Positions 25,153 to 38,759 of a stretch of 64,000 nt of DNA are shown piece after piece (the stretch's first letter is position 1; each line of letters opens with the position of its first letter). The notes under the pieces are model-generated. The model did no database searches. It saw nothing but the letters and a program-made list of their open reading frames with translations, and had not been told where the DNA came from. Source of the DNA: Anthoceros angustus (Eukaryota > Plantae > Anthocerotophyta). Location of the stretch: the NCBI GenBank assembly GCA_010909165.1, contig MU008161.1, positions 62,001 through 126,000 on the forward strand, given 5' to 3'. The position numbers and the translations under genes are program-made.

Positions 25153-28100
25153 TGTGGAATGACGGACTCTCCTTGGGGTTAGGAAATAAGCGGGTTTGTT
25201 TTTCGTAGGTATGAGGTGTAAAAGATGGGAGGAATAAGCGGATGGTACTCCTGACTGACCGGACTCGGTAGGTAACGGACCCCGGAGCCCACTCGGCGAC
25301 CACGATTGAGGTTGATTTATCACCGGATCAAAAAACCGGATAAGTACGCCAAGTAAGGTAACTTAGAAGTTGGAGCGTGAGTTAGGCGGCGGGCGCCACG
25401 GATGGTAATCAGTGGAAGACTGCACGCGCAGCATCAGACCGTAGTGCATTGCGTGGCCGTTATAAGGTATTCACGCCCGGTATCGCAAGGCAACAGAAGG
25501 CAGGCTAGGCGAACGCGAGTAAGCCATGCAGATTCTCGGCTACTACTGACATAAGAGCCGCCTTCCGCGGTGGTTACTCGAGGAGAAGCGTGAAGTGAGG
25601 TCATTCTTCCAAACAACTTCTGCGAGTCCAGATCTCACCGGGGCCGACACTGCCTGCGGGCGTTGTCTTTGGGCGATCGCCTCCGGCATCCTTCCGGGCG
25701 CAGCCTGACTTGGCGAGGAAGCAACCACACCGTGACTGAGGAGCGGAGATTAGAGCTTTGACGAATGGACGGAGTTTGGGGATGGGACGCCAAGAAAGCC
25801 AGGTGGAGCTAAGTGGGCGAATGCAACATCGCCACGTTACCACTCAGATCATATTTGAGGAGGCGAGGAGCGAGAAGGAATGCACTGATATTTCCAGCCG
25901 TCTGACCGATATCACCCAGTCCGGAGTACGCTCGAAGATGCCTGCCGGCGTCCCACCCAGTGGCCCTGGAGGACCTCAGAGGACGAATCCGAGGACGGCC
26001 AAGCAACGACGTACATTAAAGGAACTTTGTTCCCCATGCAAGTGGGGAAGATAGAGCGGAAGGACAAATGTCGGTGGACGAACCAATAAAACTAACATTG
26101 AAACATTTGCCGATAGAGGTGAGAGCAAACACAGGATCATCACCATCAAGATGCTCACCAAGGTAGATCACCCGGTGACACCCATCGTCCCGCATGCCCT
26201 GCGGTGAGGCGATTGGGGGAGGAATCGCCTTCACCGAGCTGAACGGGGCGAAGCCGGTCGAGTGCGAACAGTCCGCTCAATGACGCCGCTGATTGCGTGG
26301 GGTACGCGCGAAGCCTCCCTCAAGGAGGGAAACAGCACCGGAAGGGCTGGCCCCGACCGAGGCAAGAGAAGAGCCAGAGAGGCCCGGCCCTAGAGAAAGG
26401 GTCCGGAGGAGGACGATTGGGAGGAATTTCATCTATATCGCTTGGAGCGGACCTCGCCACCGAGGGGCGGGAAGACATCCCCTGCCTCCTCCTTGGATGC
26501 CCACCGAGCAGCAACAAGATGGAGGCCACAAGATGGAGTTGGCGGCCTGGGCCTGCACTATCAGCCCAACGATAACGCATAGCTGGCTGAAGCGTGGCCT
26601 GGGCCGAACCAAGAGGCGAAAAGACGACAACACAATTTACGCAGACCTGTAAGGCTACCAGTGATGCTTCCCGCCACCTGAGGGCAAGAAGTGAGGAGGA
26701 GGCAAGACGATAGCCAAAGATGGAGGCCACCGCAAGAACTCTATCCGAGCCTGGGCCTGCCTGATGGAGAGAAAGGGCTGGGCCCTATCTTCACCACCTC
26801 CAAGCCCTGTGGAGGAGGCACCGGGCTGAGAAGGAGTTAGCCAGCCAAGGAGGGCTGGCTGGGCTGTGAGGCTCCTGATCAAAGACTCGTGACCCAAGGG
26901 TCCCGACAGGTCCGAGTTTCAGTCCGACTCGTCCCGGAGGGCAGATGGCGGCCTTTTGACTACCAGAGACGCCTGGCCACTACGCTGACTCTTCTGCATC
27001 TCCCCGGCGGCCGAAGAGGAACCCAGCACTCCTGGGGCTGGCCCCACCGGAGGCAAGAGGGAAGAGCTAGGAGGCGAGGCCCGCCCATCGAGTAAAAGGG
27101 TCCGGAGGAGGACGATTGGGAGGGATTCTGACTATAACACGCTTGAGCGGACCTCGCCACCGAGGGAAGTGTGGAAGACATCCGGCTCTCCTTGGTGCCC
27201 CCACCGGAAATACCGCAAGAAGTGGAGGCCACAAGATCGGAGTTGGCGGCTCCATGGCAGACCACCACCCAACGACAACGACAACATTGGCGCTCCCGCC
27301 GGAACCGAAGAGGCGAAGACGGCGCTTACCACAAGCAGCACCCAAGAAGCGCCTGCGTTTTGCCTCCGCCCACGGAGTGGCAAGAAGCGGAGGAGGCAGA
27401 CAAGGCGGAAGGGACGCCGCTCAAGGAGCGGGAGAGGCCATCAGCCTCATCCCGAGCTCCGCCCTTGTCTCCGACCGGGAGAGGAAAAGGGCTAGCCTGA
27501 CTCTTCACCACCTCCAAGCCCTGTGGAGGAAAAAGGGCGAGAAGGAGTTAGCGCCAAGAGGGCCAATAGAGGCTCCTGACCAAGACTGTGACCTAAGGGT
27601 CCGACAGGTCCGAGAGCCCATCCTCGATCAGTGATGGCGTCCTTGACGGATCAGAGATGCCCGCGCCTACGCCGACTTTCTCTCGGCATCTCAGCCGTAC
27701 TGAGGAAGAACGCTGGGCGAGTTTTAGCTATCGCATGGATTTATAGCTTTGGGGCTCAAGGGACAAATGAGAAGACTAAGGCGAGAGGCCACAAGAAGAT
27801 GGTGGAACTCAAGGGCGGTGGAGGCGGCCCTGAGGCGAAGGTAAGGCGGAATTTTACATACGAATGAGGAGGAGCCGGAGGCGTAACGGGAGGTTTGGTC
27901 CATTCGGCAGATCAAGGTCCTGTCATGCGAAAATCAAGCACGCATGAGGCCCAAGCACGGTCAAGACCTCCAAACCGGGAGCGCGGCGTTGTATGAGGCG
28001 GAGGTCTGGCCGATCCGGCCCAAGCGGATTTGTTGGACCAAGCCGCATTACCTCAGCATGGCCCAGCAGTAAGGGCGGGCGGAGGAAGTGGTGAAGGCCC

Positions 28101-29372
28101 GATTTGAAGAGGAGGAGGCCAAGCGCAAATGGGGCTTGAGGAAGACAAGTGGCTTAGAGGAAATAAGGCCAAGGTCTGTGGAGGATTTGCGCAGGCTCAG
28201 AGAAGTTGCAGGCGACGAGTCGCCAGGAAGCGCCATGGCCCGTGCATCAAGGATGCCCACGAGGACAACCAAGAGATGCGTGGGGAATTGTTACAGCCCA
28301 AGAGCAAGAGGCACTGGAGAAGGGCCCATGTTGGCGACGGCAAGCGGAGCGGGACGAGGCACGTGGCCGAGCCAGGAAGGAGAAGGGAAAAGGAAAGCGA
28401 AGTAGCAGGGCCACGACTGGGGTAGTGGAAGGAACTACCGAAGGAAAGGAAGGAGCAACCGAGGTAGCCGAAACACCTACCAGAGTTGCTGAACAGACGA
28501 CGGTCGTGGAGTCCACTACCGCGGTAGCGGAAACTGCTACCGACATTGGCGCGCCCAACCCTGAAGCGGTCATGAGCGGCGCCACAGGACGCGACGTGGC
28601 ACCTCGCGAGGACATGGATCAGGCGACCAGGGGTAGCCTACGGGAGGAGGGGGTAAGCACCTCAGCACCAGCTACAGCAGGGGGTCCTATTATGTTGCGG
28701 CACATGGATGAGGAAACTTATGTTCCTCGGGTCTATATGTGAATGGGGAACGCGTGCTCAACCTCACCGTATGTGCGTGGTGGAAATAGGAGGGACTGTG
28801 GCCTACCTACTACAAGTGAGGACCAAGGATACTTCTTCCACCGCGCCCGAGTGTGGGGATTGGCCCCCTATTATGCGGAGGCGATTTTGGAGGAGTTAAG
28901 TGAGGAAGAAGTCCAGGCTTGGGTGGACGAAGAGCCGGTAATAATCCTCAGCAATTGGCGGCAAGCGGGAGAGGAGGAAGCTCAAGGGCAGGGTATGCCC
29001 CCAATTAGGACGTCCAGCAGTGACAGTGAGGTGGAAGTCTTGTGGGAAGACTCACGATCAACAAGCAGGGCAGAGGGCTCGTGGCGGGCGGCTGGAGGAC
29101 GGCGGCCGTGCGGGAAGGGCGCGCAGACATAGTAATAGGTGATAGCATCCTAGGAATGGAATTTGGTTAGATGTCGCACCGACCTAGGATCGCTAATTGT
29201 AGGCTGCCTCTTCACGATAAGCTATTTTAGACCTGAAAATCTGGGGCCATGACGCCCCAGTCGATGTATAAGAGGGGCAAATTATGCCCTCAAGCATAAT
29301 TCCCCGGTTGTGCATGGATCCTCGCCACGGCGGCTACCACCGCCATGCACTGTGTTTTATTTGCACTCCACA
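25153..29372 (+). mobile_element. TGTGGA...TCCACA-bounded element with an internal ~700-bp duplication and degenerate ORFs
   Basis: Starts TGTGGAAT and ends CACTCCACA. ~26300-26920 is repeated at ~27000-27615. The T/V/A/E heptad tract at 28430-28550 resembles 19075-19160. No matching TSD. Confidence 0.5.
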
Positions 29373-29379
29373 CTGGTCC

Positions 29380-29637
29380 TAGGACCTACAGACAAGGCTC
29401 CATGGCGCTCGGTAAGAATCCAGTCTTCCACTCACACACTAAGCACGTGGAAGTGGAGTATCATTATATCCGAGGGTTAATGGCAGCTGGAAAGATATAA
29501 TTACAGTACGTGCCAACACAAGACAACCTTGCAAATATACTTACCAAAGCTCTAAGCAGAGAGCTGCACTTCAAACATGTGAAAAGTCTAGGGCTAGGAG
29601 ATTCACAGGAATTCCTAGCTGCTACGTCCACTGTCTA
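29380..29637 (+). mobile_element. Ty1/copia RNase H C-terminal fragment
   Basis: GSMALGKNPVFHSHTKHVEVEYHYIR...LQYVPTQDNLANILTKAL, followed by a purine tract and TGTT at ~29670-29683. Confidence 0.88.
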
Positions 29638-30681
29638 ACCTTCTCAGGCTAGAAGCCTGAGTCATAGCTGTAAGAGGAATGTTCAAAATCCAGCTCCTCT
29701 CCCGATGTCATGGAAATGGAGGCAAGTGTTCATCGTGGTCAAGGCTGCTCACAAGGTGAAGAGAAGCTCTCATCAGATTGAGGAGAGTTACGTTTCTTGC
29801 GCTCTTCGTAGGAAATTCTCTCTTCAGCCTCCAAGTCGGCTTCCTCTTCGATCCTCTGGTTCGACCCTATACACAAGCAGTGGGAGATGGTGTTAAAGAC
29901 GGCAACTGCCACAATCAGTGAGTGCTGAACACAGAAAGCAGGAAGTGGCAAATTTTAGTAACATACTGTATATGCTTATGACATGCCTTGGATAATCACG
30001 ACACTGGTGCATAGAAACCCGCCTCATAATCACCTTAGCATAGTTGAGATAGGTTATGTACCACACAGGAGTGCGAGGATGCTTGATAGAGCCATAGCTG
30101 ATAATCTTGGTTTCCGTCGACGCCACCGCCGAGAAAGCTTAAGGGCGCGATGTACCGTGGACATCATCCGAGTAGGCATACTACCAGGCTGTGATGCTCT
30201 CACGCCTCGCAGCAGCTTGGACCGCTTCATAGTTCGCCGACAAGTACCGAGGTGCCACCCATGGCGTTAGAAGGCACATCGAGGCAAGCAGCCTGAGTAC
30301 CGCGGGTGCCTCCCTGCTCGCCCACTTCCTCGTAGTGCGAGGACGCCCCTCCTGCTCTTGTGCTCAAGATTTGCCACAACAAGGCTCGGGACTTGGGCAG
30401 CTATTCTAGGTGCGAATCTGCCTAGCTTGTCGCGGAGCTGAGGCTGGCGCTTGGGAGCAACCTCGGATAAAGGAGACGACATGGTGAGCACAACAATCTT
30501 ACGCTCCAGATGCTCAGTGAATAAAAGGCTAAGGAAATACATCAGGGTTATAAGCGGGGCGCACCTCATCTCCGGTGGCTTCACACTGGTACAATCCATG
30601 GTGCTATAACTATGAGGAAGATGGAGCGTAGGGGCGTTCGCATAGGATTGCAATCGCGTTTGGCTGATGCCAGCACCAGTC

Positions 30682-33175
30682 CCATGGGTAGCTCCTAAGA
30701 ATGAAGACTGGAATGAGGATAATGCTTTAGTCATGACCTACTCAACAAGTGCGAGTATTGATATTATGTTGATATCATGACTAAGGGTTTAGGGGTTTGG
30801 TTGATAAATAATCCTAAGCTATGTTGAGTTAGGTTACACTGCTTCTTCATTAGGGTTGTGACTCTATATGGATAGACACAACGCTTAGTTTAAGTTTAAG
30901 TTATCCTTCGCATAAGTGACCACCGAGAACCGCCTATCATGGAGGTGCATTTGATGATGTGAATCACACCATGTGGAGGTGATCAGTGGAAGATCTCTTC
31001 CACACCTTGGCAGGTCTTCATAAGCGTGAAGATGCGTACCAAAGAAAACCGGAGCGACGCGAGAGGCCACCATCGAGAGGCATGTAGAGCTCCTGATCGT
31101 CGGATCGGGCGAATAACGCCGAGGAGTTGCAGCTCGGCCTTACCAGAATGCACAACATTAAACCAGGCACCGTAAGGTGCGTATGGTGGATTGACGAGAG
31201 TAGAACGGCAGCAGAGGCCCGCGAGAGAGAAAACACGACGGAACGAGTCTCAAACATCTCGCCATACCAGCTCAGACGTAGTGTAATCGTGTCGGCGTGT
31301 ATCACCTACCAGCCAAAGGTAGCATCCTGCTACCCGGGCCCGCCCGACCTTCACCGCAACAAGAAAACAAAGTAAAGGAAATTCACCATGCCAACACCTG
31401 CATACAAGCCAGCCAGCTACCACGCAGGGCGGCGCACCTGCAACGACCAAAGGGCTGCCTACACGGCTGCCTGGAGTTGGTAAATCCGTGACCTGCTGCA
31501 GCACCCACACACATTGCAATCGCTCTGAGCCACATGCACACCAAAACCTTGCATTCCAATCAGAATCCAGCAACACCGCGGTTTTGGCGTGAGTCTCAAG
31601 AACATTCCCTTTCCACGGACTTCGACAACTGGTTGTTGCAGCTGCCATCGCCAGTCTTGAGGTCTTGGCCGCCATCATGAGAAGCACCTCCTCTCGGTGT
31701 GATGAGGCCACCACCGTGATCCTTTGGCTGCAGCAGCCTCATGATGTAGCCCACGAGCCACCCGCCGGGTTTGCGGTTCTAGAAATGACCTAAATGGCCT
31801 AATAACCTATCCTGATAATGTCAGTTAAATAGCTTCATATGGGGTAAGCTAATTAATAGCTATTTCCTAATGGCTAAAATCACATATATAGCCAGCCTAC
31901 CTCTAGGCTACTATATATATTCTTGTAAACAAGTCTGGTGCCACGACAGCCGTAAGGCATCACCGGCTGTTGGGCACACAAGGTACGTGCATCCCGGCCC
32001 AGTCCGGCCCGACCTTCAGCTGACAAGAAAACAGGGCAAAAGGAAATTCTGTCCATGCCACACACCCCCAGCTGATGGACGGGCTAGAAGAAAGGCAGCA
32101 TGGACGAAGAAGGAGAACTGGAATTATCCAGCACCTGGAAGGAAAGAATAAGGAAACCCCAAACAGCATCAGCATCACAGCCATGCTCAAGCACGATTGC
32201 AACGCTATGGGGCCATAGCACCACACGAGAATGGCAGATGCCACATGAACCCAATTGTGACTAGCAGCCATGAAACCTTGCAATGCAATCACATCCATCT
32301 TCACAACTGAAAACGAATTGAAACAGTCACACCTGAGTAGCAGTTTCAGCACACTTTGAACAATACCAAAGTTGCTCAGGAACCTCAGCCAAAGGTGGCT
32401 GCAAGCAGAAAAGGTGGAACCCCCATTGCATCCATCACAAAGCAGCATGAGCTCAAGGCCATCCGTGCGGCTGCAGATCTGGCATGGGTAATCCCGGGAT
32501 CCAATCAGCTGTTACAATGGTGGGGTCAAGGTTAGGAGATGGCACGGGCACAATTTTGGTGTGATCAGAAATGACCCTGCCATCAGATCCCTGCAGCACC
32601 AACACTCCATTGGACTTGACCTCCTGATCCTAAGCACATGTCTGCTGCTGGAAGTCTCAAGAGTGTCAGCTGTTTACGTTGAAGATACACAAAATCCCTG
32701 GAATTTCTTAAGCTTGGGCCTGAAGCTCCGCTGGGCGACTTTAGTGTGTCCCTGCAATGTGCAAATTTTCCATAGCCATCGGCATCACTGACGGAAAAGG
32801 GCAGCCCTGTCACCTATCATCCTAGCCCAAGTGGCTGGATCATCCAGCGAGACCACACGGCTGTTTAGCGATGGAGCTAGGTGGAACAGGCTCCTGCCAA
32901 AAGAAGGAAATAGGGTGAGAAATGAGCTAGGAAGCGTGCGGCTCATTCGGTACCCCATCAATATATAAGGCAGCATGATGTCCCAATCCCCTTCTGCTGC
33001 AGACAGAGCTATGGAGGCCCTTTTGATGGTTTGAACCATCCTCTCAGCCAACCTGTCGGCCTGAGGGTGGTCCCTGCTGGTCCTCCTGTGGTCAATTAGT
33101 GCCACATCCAACAGGTCTTGGAATTCCTCGAATTCGAACCTTGGTCGTGAGACACTGCGAACTGCCAAAGACCAA
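30682..33175 (-). repeat. Tandem duplicate of the 3' end of the DNMT-gypsy element (LTR part, PHD, integrase C-terminal half) plus its flank
   Basis: 30682-30915 matches 33178-33412. ~31400-33170 matches ~34635-36438. The copy breaks inside integrase at ...GAACTGCCAAAG. Confidence 0.9.
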
Positions 33176-35569
33176 ATTCCATGGGTAGCTCCTAAGAATG
33201 AAGACTCGAATGAGGATAATGCTTTAGTCATGACCTACTCAACAAGTGCGAGTATTGATATTATGTTGATATCATGACTAAGGGTTTAGGGGTTTGGTTG
33301 ATAAATAATCCTAAGCTATGTTGAGTTAGGTTAAGTACCGTTTCATTAGGGTTGTGACTCTATATGGATAGACACAACGTTTAGTTTAAGTTTAAGTTAT
33401 CCTTTCGCATAAGCACTTTAACATTTTCTTGATTATTAATGTATATGTGATTACTTAATGTTATAATTATTCTACATAATCCATGTAAATCTTCAAGGAA
33501 GGCCAAGAGGGGAAGATGGCTCGATGCAGCGGGACGTCGAGCTTTAGGAGGCGAGTCCGAACTTAGAGGTGCGGACTCTTGGGGCGGGGGCGGACCCAGA
33601 AGTCCGTCCTCCAACGTTAAGGGGGGGCTTGGTTGGGGAACAGACCCAACAAGCCCAAGGTAGACGAACCTCGGACGGACCCGGTGGTAGGGGACCCACC
33701 ATAGCACAAGGGGGCAGCACAGAGATCACGGTACAGCTGTCAGCTGAGCCAGAGGGAGATTTAATAGTGACAGCGGTTGTCAGCCCACCCCTGGTGGCAC
33801 AGCCTGACCGGATTTGACGAAGGGATAGGGCCTCTGCGGGACTGCGGGGTCAAGAATAATCAGATTGGGCGCCCCTCAGGTGCCAGAGTTAGGGATTGGG
33901 CTGCCAGAGTTTGGGGTCACCACAACAGAGCTCACCGCCAGACGGAGGTAGACACGCCAGGGATTCCAGCGCACTATGCTGCGGTATAGGTAGTCAAGCA
34001 CAAAGCCAATTTTAGGGATGTAATAAAGGTAACGCTTGGAAGCGTGATAAGAGGGGTTTGCCATCCCAGACAGGATTTTTCTTTAGGGTTGATGCTGCTG
34101 TACATCTGCCAGCCGAGAGCCAAGTGCTAGCGCTAGTCCCAAGTCACTGAGCGGGCGGACTACTCTGGAGAGAACTATCCAGGTTTTGATGATGAACCCC
34201 CTAACATGTGGAGGTGATTGCAGGTGTGGAAGATCTGCGACCCTTGCTCTTCAAGGGCAGGACAGCGGCAGCCAGCAAACCGGAGCGGACGCGAGAGGCC
34301 AGCCATCAGAGAGGGCATGTAGAGCCCGGACTGGTCGGATCGGCGGAAGCGAACGCCGAGGAGTTGCGTACCGCCTAATGCACAATATTAAACCAAAATC
34401 AGAAGGTGCATGTGATGAGTAGAACGGCAGAGAGGCCTCCGGGCGAGAGAGAAAACACTGGGACGGGAACGAGTCCTTAAACATTCGGTCATACCAGCTC
34501 AGAGTAGTGTAACTGCGTGTCGTGCGTATCACCTACCGTTGCACACAAGGTACGTGGCATCCCAAGGCTCCATCCGCCCGACCTTCACCGCAAATAAGAA
34601 AACAGGCAAAAGGAAATTCACCATGCCACACACCCACAAGCGCAGTCACCACGCAGGGCTGGCGCACTCGTGCAACACGAATCAAAGGCTGCCTACACGC
34701 CGCCTGAGTTGGTAAATCCGTGACCCGCCGCAGCACCCACACACATTGCAATCGCTCGAGCCACATGCACACCAAAACCTTGCATTCCAATCAAAATCCA
34801 GCAACACCGCGTTTTGCGTGAGTCTCAGCAACATTCCCTTTCCACGGACTTCGACAACTGGTTGTTGCAGCTGCCATCGCCAGTCTTGAGGTCTTGGCCG
34901 CCATCATGAGCAAGCACCTCCTCTCGGTGATGAGGCCACCACCTCGCGTGATCCTTTGGTCAGCAGCGGGCTTCATGATGTAGCCCACGAGCCACCTGCC
35001 GGGTTTGCAGCCCTGGTTCTAGAAATGACCTAAATGGCCTAATAACCTATCCTGATAATGTCAGTTAAATAGCTTCATATGGGGTAAGCTAATTAATAGC
35101 TATTTCCTAATGGCCAAAATCACATATATAGCCAGCCTACCTCTAGGCTACTATATATATTCTTGTGAAACAAGTCTGGTGCCACGACCGTCGTGGCGCA
35201 TCACCGGCTGTTGGGCACACAAGGTACGTGCATCCCGGCCCAGTCCGGCCCGACCTTCAGCTGCAACAAGAAAACAGGGCAAAGGAAATTCTGTCCATGC
35301 CATACACCCCCAGCTGATGGACGGCTAGAAGAAAGGCAGTGGAATTATCCAGCACCTGGAAGGAAAGAATAAGGAAACCCCAAACAGCATCAGCATCACA
35401 GCCATGCTCAAGCACGATTGCAACGCTATGGGGCCATAGCACCTGTCACACGTAGAATGGCAGATGCCACATGAACCCAATTGTGACTAGCAGCCATGAA
35501 ACCTTGCAATGCAATCACATCCATCTTCACAACTGAAAACGAATTGAAACAGTCACACCTGAGTAGCAG

Positions 35570-35712
35570 TTCAGCACACTTTGAACAATACCAAAGTTGC
35601 TCAGGAACCTCAGCCAAAGGTGGCTGCAAGCAAAAAGGTGGAACCCCCATTGCATCCATCACAAAGCAGCATGAGCTCGCGTCATCCGTTGCGGCTGCAG
35701 ATCTGGGTAATC
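35570..35712 (-). CDS. PHD finger (C4HC3) at the integrase C-terminus
   Basis: Combining this copy with the duplicate at ~32350-32490 gives [43 protein letters not shown]. Confidence 0.88.
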
Positions 35713-35759
35713 CGCTGGTGGGATCCAATCAGCTGTTACAATGGTGGGGTCAAGGTTAG

Positions 35760-36960
35760 GGAGATGGCATGGGGCACAATTTTTGGTGTGATCAGAAATG
35801 ACCCTGCCATCAGATCCCTGCAGCACCAACACTCCATTGGACTTGACCTCCCTGATCCTAAGCACATGTCTGCTGCTGGAAGTCTCAAGAGTGTCAGCTG
35901 TTTGGCGTTGAAGATACACAAAATCCCCAGCCTGGAATTTCTTAAGCTTGGGCCTGAAGCTCCCGCTGCGAGTGTGGGCGTACCTTAGTGTGTCCCGATG
36001 CTGTGCAATGTGCAAATTTTCCATAGCCATCGGCATCACTGACGGAAAAGGGCAGCCCTGTCACCTATCATCCTAGCCCAAGTGGCTGGATCATCCAGCG
36101 AGACCACGGCCTGCATCTGTTTAGCGATGGAGCTAGGTGGAACAGGCTCCCTGCCAAAGAGAAGGAAATAGGGTGAGAAATGAGCTAGGGAAGCGTGCCG
36201 GCTCATTCGGTACCCCATCAATATATAAGGCAGCATGATGTCCCAATCCCCCTTCGGCTGCTGCAGACAGAGCTTGCGGAGGCCCTTTTTGATGGTTTGA
36301 ACCATCCTCTCAGCCAACCCGTCGGCCTGAGGGTGGTCCCTGCTGGTCCTCCTGTGGTCAATTAGTGCCACATCCAACAGGTCTTGGAATTCCCTCGAAT
36401 TCTGAACCTTGGTCGGTGAGACACCCGAACTGCCAAAGCGGCTCAGCACGCTTCTGCAAGAAAGCCTGTGACGTGCTCCTGGATGACTTGTCAGGCAACG
36501 CCACGGCCTCCACCCACTTGCTAAAGTGCTCTATCATCACCAAGATGTACACGCTACCTTGGTGTCTTGGGCACTCTTGAGGTCGCAGGACCACCTGAAG
36601 AAGAGCCCCATGATGGGGAGTGGGTGCAGCTCTGGGTGCTGCATAGTGAAGGATGTTTTGACGCGGTCACATGGCTCACAGCAAGCGACACATTCCCGGA
36701 CTTGTGCATGCATGCCAAACCAGTGGAAGTGAGGGGCCAGCAAGCTGTAGGTCCTCTTGACTCCAAAATGCCCCATGTCATCATGTACTCTTGAATGAGA
36801 TCAGCACGATCTCCGGGAGGTGGAACCAGCCGTTCCACACCATGGGCCCGCCTCCGGATGAGGTACCCATCTCTCCAGTAGTAGGCAGCAGCACGTTGCT
36901 GTACCCGCTCACATTCTGCTGCTGTCCAATCTTCACCTAGCTGGCCAGTTTGCACAAACT
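35760..36960 (-). CDS. Gypsy integrase (frameshifted in this sequence)
   Basis: HDDMGHFG...CEPC (HHCC), WSCDL, IEHFSKWVEAVAL, LTDQGSEF, HPQADGLAERMVQTIK, SPYFLLFGREP, FQAGDFVYL. Confidence 0.93.
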
Positions 36961-37139
36961 GAATTGTATGCACGTCCTCCCATATGTCCTTGGGGACATG
37001 TTGAGCTGCAACCTCAAGCCAAGGCATGTCATGGCCACCAAGGCAGCTACAGCAAAATCTGCCTGTCCTCGTGGCTGATCATCCTCATCCTGCCTAGCCT
37101 CCGTGGCATCCCTACAGCTGCTGTCCGGATTCCTGGAGA

Positions 37140-38514
37140 GGGTGTCCGCATTCTGATGTGACACCCCGGCCTGTGCTCCACATGGAAGTTGTAATCCTGC
37201 AAAATCATGGCCCAGCGAGCAAGTTTCCGCTGAGCTTTGTGTTTGTCATCAGCCACTTCAAGGGTTGATGGTCAGTGACAAGGGTAAACTGCTGCCCATA
37301 GAGGTAAGGTCTGAAGTGGCAGACTGCCCAAACAGCGAGGCATTCGCCCTCATAGCTGCTGTAATTGGCCTCAGCACGGTTGGCTGCGTGAGGCAAAGGC
37401 AATCACACGTTCCTTCCCTGCTCATCCTCTTGCGCAAGTACAGCACCCAGCCCCAGACTACTCCAGTCTGTATGAAGCACAAACGGCTTGTCAAAATTGG
37501 GACGAGCCATAATGGGTGATGTGCTGAGCCGCTCTTTCAAGGTGTCAAAAGACTGTTGAGCATGCTCATCCCACAGCCACTCCACGTCCTTGCGCAATAG
37601 GTTGTTCAGCGGTTTAGCAATCCTGCTGAAATTCTGGATGTACACCCTGTAATAGTTGCACAATCCTAGAAATGCCCGTAGTGCTGACACATTGGTGGGC
37701 TCCTTCACCCGCTGAATGGCCTGGATCTTGGCTGCATGAGGCATGACTCCATTGGGCACGATCTTGTGTCCCAAGTATGCTACAGTGCTCATCCCAAACT
37801 CACATTTGGAGGGGTGGCACGTGAGCTCAGCCTTCGCAACCTAAGGAACAGATCCTCTAGATGTGCCAAGTGCTGCTCAAAATCCTCGCTGTGCACAAGG
37901 ACATCGCCAATGTAGCACATCAAATATGCTGCACCTGCCAGCACAAGATCCATTATCCTCTGGAAGGTGACTGGTGCATTTTAAATCCAAAAGGCATCAC
38001 CAGCCACTCCCACAGCTGCTGAGATCCATGGAAGGCAGTCTTCTTGATGTCCTCCTCAGCAACCGCACCTGGTTGAATCCTTGAGGTCAAGTGTGGAGAA
38101 GAAGACTGACTGCCCAATGCGGTCAAAAATTTTCAGGGTCGGCATCGGTACCGATCCTGTGCTGTTGTTACATTTATGGGACGATAGTCCCGCACATCCT
38201 CTTCTCAGTCCACAGCCCTTGGCTGTCCTTCTAGGCGGCATCACGGTGGCAGCAGCATAGTCACTGCTGGAGGGCCTGATCAACCCTGCTTCCAGCAATT
38301 CCCTGCAGCGGGCGTCCACCATGTCCCATTCTGTCTTGCTGAGACGGTACCTTCTCCTGTAGATGGGCTCCGAGGTGGTAAGGTTGATCCTAAAGGTCAA
38401 CACATTACACCTCTTCAGCTCCTTCATTGAGAAGGCGAAGCAGTCTCGATACTTCAGCAGTAGCACGTGAATCCTCTGCTTCTGCAGGTCTGTGAGCTCA
38501 TCCCCATCTTCCAA
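37140..38514 (-). CDS. Gypsy reverse transcriptase plus RNase H (frameshifted)
   Basis: LLEAGLIRPSSSDYAA, FSTLDL, VMPFG, YIGDVLVHS (YxDD reads YIGD), YLGH, FLGLCNYYR, LHTDWSSLGLGAVL, YSSYEGECLAV, VTDHQPL. Confidence 0.93.
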
Positions 38515-38759
38515 GGGAAATTATCAGCTGTGACCTTTGTTGATGCTCCATGCTCACTTCCCTTGTGGTCAGATGGAAAAAGCAGACCTGTTTCCCCATG
38601 TAGGCTGCTCCACCCCCAGCATCTGGCCAAAAGGGTAGGTGAGTGTAGCCAGGGAAAATGGACAGCATCTGCTGGGCACATACTGGCCAGCAAGCTAGGA
38701 AGGGCTACAGCTGCAAACTTGGCGTGCAATTGAAAGGCGAGGCAGAGGCTGACCAGCCA

